A stretch of DNA of 44,161 nt, taken from Candidatus Omnitrophota bacterium (GTDB taxonomy: Bacteria; Omnitrophota; Omnitrophia; Omnitrophales; Danuiimicrobiaceae). The notes under the pieces are model-generated. The model was not told the origin of the DNA. It saw only the letters and a program-made list of their open reading frames with translations, and did no database searches. The stretch covers positions 1 through 44,161 of the forward strand of contig JAHFHD010000003.1 of the NCBI GenBank assembly GCA_023247075.1. The letters run 5' to 3'. This document shows positions 18,123 through 25,825 of this stretch, piece by piece. The position numbers were made by a program, and so were the translations under genes. How positions within the stretch are numbered: the first letter of the stretch is position 1; each line of letters begins with the position of its first letter.

Positions 18123-19709
18123 ATGAATCCCCCCATCAATGAATTAATCGAAGTGAGTGTTACCAAGATTCTTCCTGCACGAAAGTGGAAAGTCTTGAGG
18201 TTAATTACCCACATCGAGCGATTTCCTGAATTCATGCCGAATGTAAAATCCTGCAAAATTGAAGAGAAAAAATCGAGGACCACAAGTGTGACGAGCTGGA
18301 ATGTGGAGGTGGATGGGATTCCACTTAGTTGGAAGCAGGTCGACCAAATTGATTTTGAAAACTTCAAAGTTCGATTTAAAGCGATTGAAGGCGATTTGGA
18401 ATTTTTTGAAGGTACTTGGGAGCTTCAAGATGCAGAGGAGGGAAAAACCCGGGTGTCGGTTCAAATGAAAGCAAGAGTTGGAATACCAATCGTGACTCAA
18501 ACCATTCCTCAGGTGATGTGTGAGAAGATTGGAAGAAACTTTTTGATGATGCTCGAAGCGATGAATCAAATTCTTGTTGCTTACCGTTACAAAAATATTG
18601 GAGACCGGAAAGTAAGCGACTTAAGCGGATTTGCTGTGATTGGCCATCCATACAATTTTCAGCATTTGGTCCGGTACTTTAAGTTTTTTAAACCAGACAT
18701 GAAATTACCCTCCAATGAATTTGTCGCGGGTCTTTTTGATCTTGTCCCTTCATACAAAGCCTACGACATCAAGAATTTTAAGTCGAAAACTGGAAAGTCA
18801 GTGGACGGCTGTTTTGTAATGTGCCCGATTATTCCAGACATGGTTGAGGTCAGTCCAGAACGTGTGGTGGAAAAGGTGGTTCAGGCCTGTCGCGTAGCTG
18901 AGCAGTACGGGATGGGAATTGTGGTGCTTGGCGGATTCACTTCAATTGCAGGAGAAAGATTCCCAAAAGTTTTAATGGAATCGGTTCACATTCCCGTCAC
19001 AACTGGAAATGCACTAACGGTGGCGCTTGTCATTGACGGGATTGAAGAAGCAGCTCGCCTCATGGGCTGCGACTTGTCTCGGTCGAAGATGACGATTATT
19101 GGCGGCACTGGAGACATCGGAAGCGCAGTGGCGAGATATTTTTCAGAAAAAGTGCCCGAAATTACAATCACAAGCCGAAATGAGAAAAATTTGATGGACA
19201 CCGAGCGTACGCTTTTTTATTACGGGAAGGCGAAAATTAAAACAAGCCGGGACAGCGCTCAAGCAGTGCGAAATGCAGACGTCGTGCTTGCAGCAGCAAG
19301 TGTTTCAAATGCGCTTCTTGGTTTTGAAAATTTTAAGCCTGGGGCCATCATCTGTGACGTGGGGTATCCTAAGAACATTTCCTACACAGAGTGTAATCGA
19401 AAAGATATTTTCATTTTTTCAGGAGGGATTACCGCCCTTCCTTCCGAATTTAATCTGGGTTTTGATTTAGGTCTTCCCAATCCCCGCGTGCTTTACGGCT
19501 GCTTTGCAGAAGCAATTCTACTTGCCCTCGAAGACCGCTATGAGAATTTTTCTTGGGGAAAAGGGAACATTAGCCGCGATCGCGTCGAACTCATCCGCAT
19601 TGCAGCAAAGAAGCATGGCTTTGAGCTCGCACCTTTTTTCTGGGGGAATCGGCTCATGACGCCTGAAGACATTGAACAAATCCGGACGGTTGCCAAAGGA
19701 ACAGTCTAG
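18123..19709 (+). CDS. Fusion protein: N-terminal SRPBCC (START/cyclase-dehydrase) domain plus C-terminal acyl-ACP reductase (AAR)-like NAD(P)-binding domain
   Basis: 528 aa from ATG 18123; the track start 17988 overlaps the HTH gene. The N-terminal part contains ERFPEFMPNVKSCKI. The C-terminal part has the ordered motifs GFAVIGH, LGGFTSI, TTGNALT, GGTGDIGSAV, DVGYPKN, CFAEAILLA and NFSWGKGNIS. Confidence 0.8.
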   Translation: MNPPINELIEVSVTKILPARKWKVLRLITHIERFPEFMPNVKSCKIEEKKSRTTSVTSWNVEVDGIPLSWKQVDQIDFENFKVRFKAIEGDLEFFEGTWELQDAEEGKTRVSVQMKARVGIPIVTQTIPQVMCEKIGRNFLMMLEAMNQILVAYRYKNIGDRKVSDLSGFAVIGHPYNFQHLVRYFKFFKPDMKLPSNEFVAGLFDLVPSYKAYDIKNFKSKTGKSVDGCFVMCPIIPDMVEVSPERVVEKVVQACRVAEQYGMGIVVLGGFTSIAGERFPKVLMESVHIPVTTGNALTVALVIDGIEEAARLMGCDLSRSKMTIIGGTGDIGSAVARYFSEKVPEITITSRNEKNLMDTERTLFYYGKAKIKTSRDSAQAVRNADVVLAAASVSNALLGFENFKPGAIICDVGYPKNISYTECNRKDIFIFSGGITALPSEFNLGFDLGLPNPRVLYGCFAEAILLALEDRYENFSWGKGNISRDRVELIRIAAKKHGFELAPFFWGNRLMTPEDIEQIRTVAKGTV

Positions 19710-19797
19710 TATTTTGTTGAGCCAGCACCAAGTTCTGTCTCTCACATCAAATCAACTCACTTTTAATGATTAGTATTACGCAGCACTAGAGGCGCTA

Positions 19798-22005
19798 GTG
19801 ATTTTCAGTTTCCCATCACAATTCCAAATGAATTGGTATTCTTACCCAGTACTGATTGTGAGTACTGTCATCTTTTGCATCGGTCTTTTTGTTCTCCTCC
19901 AAAATCCAAAGTCGATTGTCAATAGCTGCTTTTTCTTGATTTGTCTGTGCGTTAATTTCTGGTTGTACGGCATTTCATTTGTTTACGGAGCAAATGGACC
20001 TGAACTTGCGCTCAACATTTACAAGCACATTACGTTTCTTGGTGTTTCATTTGTCGCAACAGGCGTTTATTGCTTTTCAGTAGCATGGCTCAAATTGTAT
20101 GAGCGCCAGAAATATCTGGTTTGGAGCGCGCTCTTAAGCAGCCTCACCTTTTATTTAACAGGCCTTTTTCTCCCGCAGAGTTTTCCACGCGCGACACTTT
20201 ATTTTTGGGGTTATTACCCAGTTTATGGCTCAACAACTCAAGCTTTCCTCCTCATTTTTTTCGGACTCTTTTTCGCTGCTTTTGCTAACTTTGTCCGCGC
20301 GTACCGGAGCGAACCACAACCAGTCAGAAAAACACAAATCCGCTTGATTGCTGTGGCATTTTTGATTTCGTTTATTGGCTCAATTGACTTCATTCCAAAA
20401 CTAACTTATTTCCCGGTTTACCCGGTTGGATTTACCTTTGTTTTTTGCTGGATTATGACCGTTGCCTATTCGATTGTGCGGTACAAAGTGATGGACATTG
20501 AAACAGTCATTCACAAGACCATTCTTTGGCTTGCAACTTCATCGATTGTGGTGCTTCCAATTGTTGGTCTCATGTTTTTTTTGAAAGGATGGTACCGGGA
20601 AGCGAGCCCAATTGCGCTCGCGCTTTGGACGAGTATTCTCCTTGTTTTATTCAATCTTTATTTAAGAACGGTGCAGCCAAAAATCGACCACTTTTTTAAA
20701 CGTAGGGAACTTGACCTTGAAGAAGCAGTTTTTCGTTTCAACGAGAGCTTGGTTCATCTCAAAGGACTTTCAGAATTGTCCAATTACATGGTTCAAACGA
20801 TTCGTGAAGTGCTTTATGTGGAACCAATTCAGATTTTTTTAAGGCATGGGGAGAAAAAAAGTTTTTTCAGAATCGATGGCGCGGCACATGGCGACGAAGA
20901 TCTTTTTTACGAAAACCCATTTATTCAATGGCTGGAACGGGACGACCGGGTGGCACTCGTTGAATTTGTAGGGCTCGACCCCCGCTTTCAATCGGTTGAG
21001 CAGGAAGCGGTAAATTTCTTCAAGCGGCTAAATGTTCACGCGAGCGTACCGCTTGTTTTAAACGGCGAACTGATTGGTCTGATTAATTTGGGACGAAAGA
21101 CAAATCTGAAGCCATTTCGCGCGGCGGAAGTTAAATTTCTCTCTGAATTTAGACGTGCTGCCACAATTGCGCTTTCAAATTCAGTTCGGTTAATTGAGAT
21201 GCAGGAAAATCTTAGGCGTTGGAATGAAGAACTTGAGGAAAAAGTGAAGCTCCGCACGAAAGAACTCGAAGAAACTCAAAAACAGCTCATTCAGGCTGAA
21301 AAACTTGCGACGATTGGTACGCTGGCAGGAGGCGTTGCACACGAAATCAACAACCCGCTTACGGCGGTGCTGACGAACGCGCAAATTTTGAAAATGGATG
21401 CCAAACCGGAAGATTTGGAATCCATCAGTTTAATTGAGGCTGGAGCCAAGCGCTGTCAGGAAATCATCCAGAAAATTATGAAATATGCCCGCCGGCCGCT
21501 TGGACCTGAGAAAGTTGAAGAGGTTGATTTGAATCGAGTAATTGAAACAGCCCTCTCATTTTTGAAGTACCAACTAAGTCAGGAAAATGTTAAGGTTACC
21601 ATTCAAAAGGCGGTGGGATTACCACTCATTCAGGCAAACAGTAATGAGCTTGAGCAAGTAGTGACGAACCTGATTTTGAATGCCAAAGATGCATTGAAGG
21701 GCGAGTCGCGTGAAGGGAAGATTGAGGTGAGTACCCATTTTAATGATGGTGCTGCAGAGCTGATTGTGGAGGACAATGGCCACGGCATTGCCCGAGAACA
21801 TCTGACCAAAATTTTTGACCCTTTTTTTACCACCAAACCCGTGGGTAAAGGAACTGGTCTCGGCCTGGCTGTGACGTACGGAATTGTCAAAAAATACAAC
21901 GGCCGGATTGAAGTCGATTCGCAAGTTGGCAAGGGAACCATATTTAAAGTGATTTTCCCCAAACACCTCCAGGCTTTAACGGGGGTTGGGAGTACGCATT
22001 CGTGA
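19798..22005 (+). CDS. Sensor histidine kinase: multi-pass (7TM-type) membrane domain, GAF, HisKA, HATPase
   Basis: About 7-8 hydrophobic helices in the first 260 aa. GAF-like end motif VPLVLNGELIGLINLGRK. H-box VAHEINNPL, N-box LILNAKDAL, G-boxes DNGHGI and GKGTGLGLAV. Confidence 0.9.
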   Translation: MIFSFPSQFQMNWYSYPVLIVSTVIFCIGLFVLLQNPKSIVNSCFFLICLCVNFWLYGISFVYGANGPELALNIYKHITFLGVSFVATGVYCFSVAWLKLYERQKYLVWSALLSSLTFYLTGLFLPQSFPRATLYFWGYYPVYGSTTQAFLLIFFGLFFAAFANFVRAYRSEPQPVRKTQIRLIAVAFLISFIGSIDFIPKLTYFPVYPVGFTFVFCWIMTVAYSIVRYKVMDIETVIHKTILWLATSSIVVLPIVGLMFFLKGWYREASPIALALWTSILLVLFNLYLRTVQPKIDHFFKRRELDLEEAVFRFNESLVHLKGLSELSNYMVQTIREVLYVEPIQIFLRHGEKKSFFRIDGAAHGDEDLFYENPFIQWLERDDRVALVEFVGLDPRFQSVEQEAVNFFKRLNVHASVPLVLNGELIGLINLGRKTNLKPFRAAEVKFLSEFRRAATIALSNSVRLIEMQENLRRWNEELEEKVKLRTKELEETQKQLIQAEKLATIGTLAGGVAHEINNPLTAVLTNAQILKMDAKPEDLESISLIEAGAKRCQEIIQKIMKYARRPLGPEKVEEVDLNRVIETALSFLKYQLSQENVKVTIQKAVGLPLIQANSNELEQVVTNLILNAKDALKGESREGKIEVSTHFNDGAAELIVEDNGHGIAREHLTKIFDPFFTTKPVGKGTGLGLAVTYGIVKKYNGRIEVDSQVGKGTIFKVIFPKHLQALTGVGSTHS

Positions 22006-23750
22006 AGATATTTGAAAGTTTACGCGCAAATCATCCGGATTCTTTGTCCACGCGAACGAATACGGTAAAGCGCCTGCTTTTAAACGGCAAACAATTAAAT
22101 GTTCGCCTGCTTGCTCAAAAAATGCTTGTTGCAAGCGGTCTCCTTGTCTTTGCTTCCATTATTTTTGGCGTGACACTCGTAAGCGGGCAAATCATTCTGG
22201 GTCAGTCCTTCAGCGTTGACGGGATTTTTATTTTTGCTTTGAGTATTTTTTTATTCGTCCTAGGGGTCGAACCTGCACGTCAATTTCTCACTCAGGTTAT
22301 AAGCCCGCTTGTTATTCAGCGGAAATTTGATTACCGAAGACTCTTGAAAGATGCGCCTGCCATTATTTCCAAAATTAAAAGCTTAGATCATTTACTGAGT
22401 CTCGTGGTTCATTTTGTGACGATGCGGTTAAAAGTGAAAAATGCGGCTGTATTGATGCATGACGCGGAGCGGCATGTGTTTAGTCTGGTAGAGCCGCGTG
22501 GGTACGCGGAGCAGCACCGGGCGCGTGAGCGAATGATTTTTAATGAACAAGATCCGTTCATCCGTTTTTTGGCTTCTGAACATGCTCCTCTTTCTTTGGT
22601 ATGGGTGCGGGAATGTCTCAAAGTAGATGGCTCCATTCAAAAGTTGGATGACGAAAAAGAAAATTATGATTTCCGTTTAATCGAGTCGCGCATGCAGGAG
22701 CTTAGCGCAAGCTGCTGCATCCCCAGCTTTTTGGGAAAAGAATTGAGAAATGTGCTAATTCTTGGCGAGCGAAAATCTGGCGAAGTTTATTTGGAAGAAG
22801 ATTTGAATGCACTTTACCTCGTGGCACAGGAGTCGGCCATTGCGGTTGAAAATGCCCGTCTTTATGACCAGGCGGTTGAAAAAGCCAAAGAACTTGAGGT
22901 GATTAACCGTCAGCTTAATCAGGCGCAGAATCAATTGATTCAAGCGCTGCGCGAAACGGAAGTGGCCAATAAAAGGCTTCGGGACACACATGTCCAGCTC
23001 ATCCATGAACAAAAAATGGCGACGCTTGGCCGGCTTGCTTCCTCCGTTGGGCACGAAGTGAATAATCCACTCACCATTCTTTCAATGAATGTGAGCCGGG
23101 CCATTCTCAAGTACCGCAGAAATCCAGATTTGAAGGTGAGTGAGATTACAGACACGTTTGAAAAAATGGAACAGAATATTTCCCGCATCAAGGCTGTGGT
23201 CAATACGTTGACCGGCCTCCTCAAAAAGTCAGAGCACGGAAAATTTGAGCCCCTTTCACTTAAGCTGGTTCTGGAAGAAACGCTTCCACTCGTTCAATTT
23301 CAAACTTACCTTGAGAATCTTTCCGGCACCGAAGTTGAATTTGATATTCCGAACAATCTTCCTTTAATTAAAGGCGACCTCGAGCGGCTTCAGGAAGTAT
23401 TCCTGAATTTGTTTATTAATGCCTACCACGCGATGATTGGGAAACGGAACCGTAGAATTACCGTTTCGGCGCGCGAACATCCTGCTCACCCTGCAATGGT
23501 CATATTGGAATTTACTGACAATGGTTGCGGGATGAGTGATGAGGTGATGAAAAAGATTTTTTCCTATGGATTTACAACGAAACCAGCCGGAAAAGGTTCG
23601 GGAATGGGGCTTTACATGTGCCACTACATTGTAGAGCTCCACGGCGGGGAAATTAAAGTTCGCTCTAAAGTGGGAGAAGGAACCACTTTTGTCATTACAC
23701 TCCCGACTTATGAAGAGAACGTTGAATCGAATACACTTGAAAAACAGTAA
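22002..23750 (+). CDS. Sensor histidine kinase: TM helices, GAF, HisKA, HATPase
   Basis: GTGA overlap with the upstream kinase. GAF end motif LRNVLILGERKSGEVYLEEDLNALYLVAQESAIAVENARLY. H-box VGHEVNNPL. G-boxes DNGCGM and GKGSGMGL. Confidence 0.9.
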   Translation: MKIFESLRANHPDSLSTRTNTVKRLLLNGKQLNVRLLAQKMLVASGLLVFASIIFGVTLVSGQIILGQSFSVDGIFIFALSIFLFVLGVEPARQFLTQVISPLVIQRKFDYRRLLKDAPAIISKIKSLDHLLSLVVHFVTMRLKVKNAAVLMHDAERHVFSLVEPRGYAEQHRARERMIFNEQDPFIRFLASEHAPLSLVWVRECLKVDGSIQKLDDEKENYDFRLIESRMQELSASCCIPSFLGKELRNVLILGERKSGEVYLEEDLNALYLVAQESAIAVENARLYDQAVEKAKELEVINRQLNQAQNQLIQALRETEVANKRLRDTHVQLIHEQKMATLGRLASSVGHEVNNPLTILSMNVSRAILKYRRNPDLKVSEITDTFEKMEQNISRIKAVVNTLTGLLKKSEHGKFEPLSLKLVLEETLPLVQFQTYLENLSGTEVEFDIPNNLPLIKGDLERLQEVFLNLFINAYHAMIGKRNRRITVSAREHPAHPAMVILEFTDNGCGMSDEVMKKIFSYGFTTKPAGKGSGMGLYMCHYIVELHGGEIKVRSKVGEGTTFVITLPTYEENVESNTLEKQ

Positions 23751-24601
23751 TGAGAATCAAGTTTAATTTACCTGCCGCCACTTTTTTTCTTGCCGTCTTA
23801 CTAGCCAGTTCTAATTTTCTTTTTGCAAACATCACGGGTAAGGATGAAGAAACTGTCCATCGCATCGTTAGTGAAGTGCTAAATGAAAAGATGGGGAATT
23901 TCATTGCAGTCAGGCGCGGCGTTTTGCATCACGGCGAGCGAATTCCACTGCCTATTTTCCAGGATGGAACGACTGCCAAGCGCAGTGAATGCACCTATTT
24001 TGTTTCACCGAAGGAAATCACAACTTCAATTTCCCAGATGTCGGTTTTTCAGGGCCGCTCACAGTCACGTCGGGATTTAGAGCAATTGTCTGATGCAGAC
24101 AAGCGAAAAGCGCTTGAAAAAGAATTACTCAAACCGGAACCAGCAGCTGACATTAAGGCAGAATTAGAAAAGCTTGTTAATTTTAACAAAAGTGAAAGTA
24201 AAGATGCCATTCTGAACCTCGCTTCAGAAATGGTGGGCCTTAAAGAAGAGTTGAGGGGTCAATCGTTTTCAGAAGGTGCCATTTATTATGTGACATGCAG
24301 CGTGACAGACGACGGTCAAGTGGAAATTGGTCTCTGGAAAGACCGCGTTGTGGGTCCTGATGCAAATGTGGCGGATGACCAGGCTTTTAAAAATTTAGAA
24401 AAGTATTACAAAGAACGGGGCATTAGTTCTGCGACGCCAAATTCAGTCGATCCCCAGCTTGAAATTTACAAAGGACTTAAAGAGCGGCTGCTCGTGAATT
24501 ATTTGGTTATTGCAATCCGTGGAGAAAAGGCGAAAAGTCTGCGGCAAGAATTAACAGCTCAAATCACCAAACCTTTCAGAAGAATCAAGAGCAACGTTTA
24601 G
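23750..24601 (+). CDS. Secreted/periplasmic protein of unknown function
   Basis: 1-nt TAATG overlap with the kinase gene. Signal peptide MRIKFNLPAATFFLAVLLASSNFLFA. No motifs recognised. Confidence 0.6.
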   Translation: MRIKFNLPAATFFLAVLLASSNFLFANITGKDEETVHRIVSEVLNEKMGNFIAVRRGVLHHGERIPLPIFQDGTTAKRSECTYFVSPKEITTSISQMSVFQGRSQSRRDLEQLSDADKRKALEKELLKPEPAADIKAELEKLVNFNKSESKDAILNLASEMVGLKEELRGQSFSEGAIYYVTCSVTDDGQVEIGLWKDRVVGPDANVADDQAFKNLEKYYKERGISSATPNSVDPQLEIYKGLKERLLVNYLVIAIRGEKAKSLRQELTAQITKPFRRIKSNV

Positions 24602-24610
24602 CTCGTCTCT

Positions 24611-24817
24611 GGGTGCATCCCACTTTATCCAGTGTGTCATTCTTCGCCAAAAGGACGAATCCGTCCTCTGGCGGATGAGGCGAAGCCGAAGAATCTAGCG
24701 AACTTAGATCCTTCGCGGAGTTTACCCTGAGCGCCAGATCCTTCACTTCGTTCAGGATGACACAGCGAAGGGCTCAGGATGACATGAAAAACAACCGCAT
24801 CAAGTGGGATACGCCTT
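24611..24817 (-). mobile_element. Full-length ~200-bp MITE-like element, inverted relative to the copies at 38705 and 41829
   Basis: Ends GGGTGCATCCCACTTTATCCAG... and ...CATCAAGTGGGATACGCC are imperfect terminal inverted repeats. The 9-bp sequence CTCGTCTCT occurs at 24602-24610 and 24818-24826. Confidence 0.85.
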
Positions 24818-24911
24818 CTCGTCTCTCTGCGACCAGCTTGCAGGGCTTGGTAATCTTGAAAATCAGCGTGTATACTTATTCAAGAAAAGGAAAAAGAGGA
24901 GTTTTCCCATT

Positions 24912-25352
24912 ATGAAAACCATTTTGATTGTGGATGATGAAGAAGGAATTTCGAAACTGCTTGCAGAAAATCTAACCGAGGACGGTTACAAGGTTGTTAT
25001 TGCCACTAATGGCGAAGATGGCCTCAGAAAAGCTCAAATTACAAAACCCGATCTCGTGATTTTAGACGTGATGATGCCGAAGATGGACGGAGCAGAAATG
25101 TGCGCCCACCTCAGAGAAAACGCGAAAACCAAAGACCTCCCAATTATTTTTATGACCGGTCTTAAAACCAAAAACGATGATTTTCAGCTTGGCCGTGATG
25201 TGGGCAACCACACCATTTTCTCAAAACCTTTTGATTATGACGAGCTCTTGGGAACCATCCGCGAAATGCTAAACATCAAAGGTGAAAGTCAGGCCGGCTC
25301 AATTCTCAAAGGTGTTGCACAGAAATTTCTAGGACGAAAAAAAAGCACTTGA
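24912..25352 (+). CDS. Single-domain response regulator (CheY-like receiver)
   Basis: GAGGAG RBS. Motifs MKTILIVDDEEG, DLVILDVMMPKMDG, IFMTG and SKPF. The track start 24804 lies in the repeat and is not credible. Confidence 0.9.
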   Translation: MKTILIVDDEEGISKLLAENLTEDGYKVVIATNGEDGLRKAQITKPDLVILDVMMPKMDGAEMCAHLRENAKTKDLPIIFMTGLKTKNDDFQLGRDVGNHTIFSKPFDYDELLGTIREMLNIKGESQAGSILKGVAQKFLGRKKST

Positions 25353-25409
25353 TGTTTTGCAGACCAGTCCTTGGGCGGCGATTCTCGAGGAACAACAGAG
25401 GAGAAGGCG

Positions 25410-25799
25410 ATGTCAAAGAACATTCTCGTTGTCGATGATGAACCTGAAATAGCTTTGCTCGTTGCAAGCCGGCTGCGCACCGCCGGTTATCAAGTTCAAG
25501 TTGCAAAGGATGGTGAGCAGGCGCTTCGGCTTGTCACCATCACAAAACCAGATTTGATTGTCTTAGACGTGGCTCTTCCGGGAATGAGCGGCGGTGATGT
25601 GTGTGCTCATTTGCAGAAAGATGAAAAAACAAAATATATTCCCATTATTTTTTTAACGGCGCTTAAAACCAAAGAGGATGACGTAAGGCTTGGTTTTGAC
25701 ATTGGCCGCCACACTATTTTTGCAAAACCCTTTAACCCTCAAGAATTTTTAGGTGCAGTTCGGGATGCTTTGGCAGCCCAGAAAGCATCCAAGAGTTAA
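25410..25799 (+). CDS. Single-domain response regulator (paralogue of 24912-25352)
   Basis: Motifs MSKNILVVDDEPE, DLIVLDVALPGMSG, IFLTA and AKPF. Shares LKTK-DD--LG-D-G-HTIF-KPF with the preceding receiver. Confidence 0.9.
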   Translation: MSKNILVVDDEPEIALLVASRLRTAGYQVQVAKDGEQALRLVTITKPDLIVLDVALPGMSGGDVCAHLQKDEKTKYIPIIFLTALKTKEDDVRLGFDIGRHTIFAKPFNPQEFLGAVRDALAAQKASKS

Positions 25800-25825
25800 T
25801 GAATTAGTTAAGCTCAGAGCCCATC

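Noticed and set aside
24804-24911. Upstream extension of the first receiver ORF, and similar extensions at 25371, 12651, 11932, 38931 and 40376
   Set aside because: The extensions run into a repeat, into the upstream gene or over the gene's own RBS. Internal ATGs with good Shine-Dalgarno sequences give canonical N-termini.
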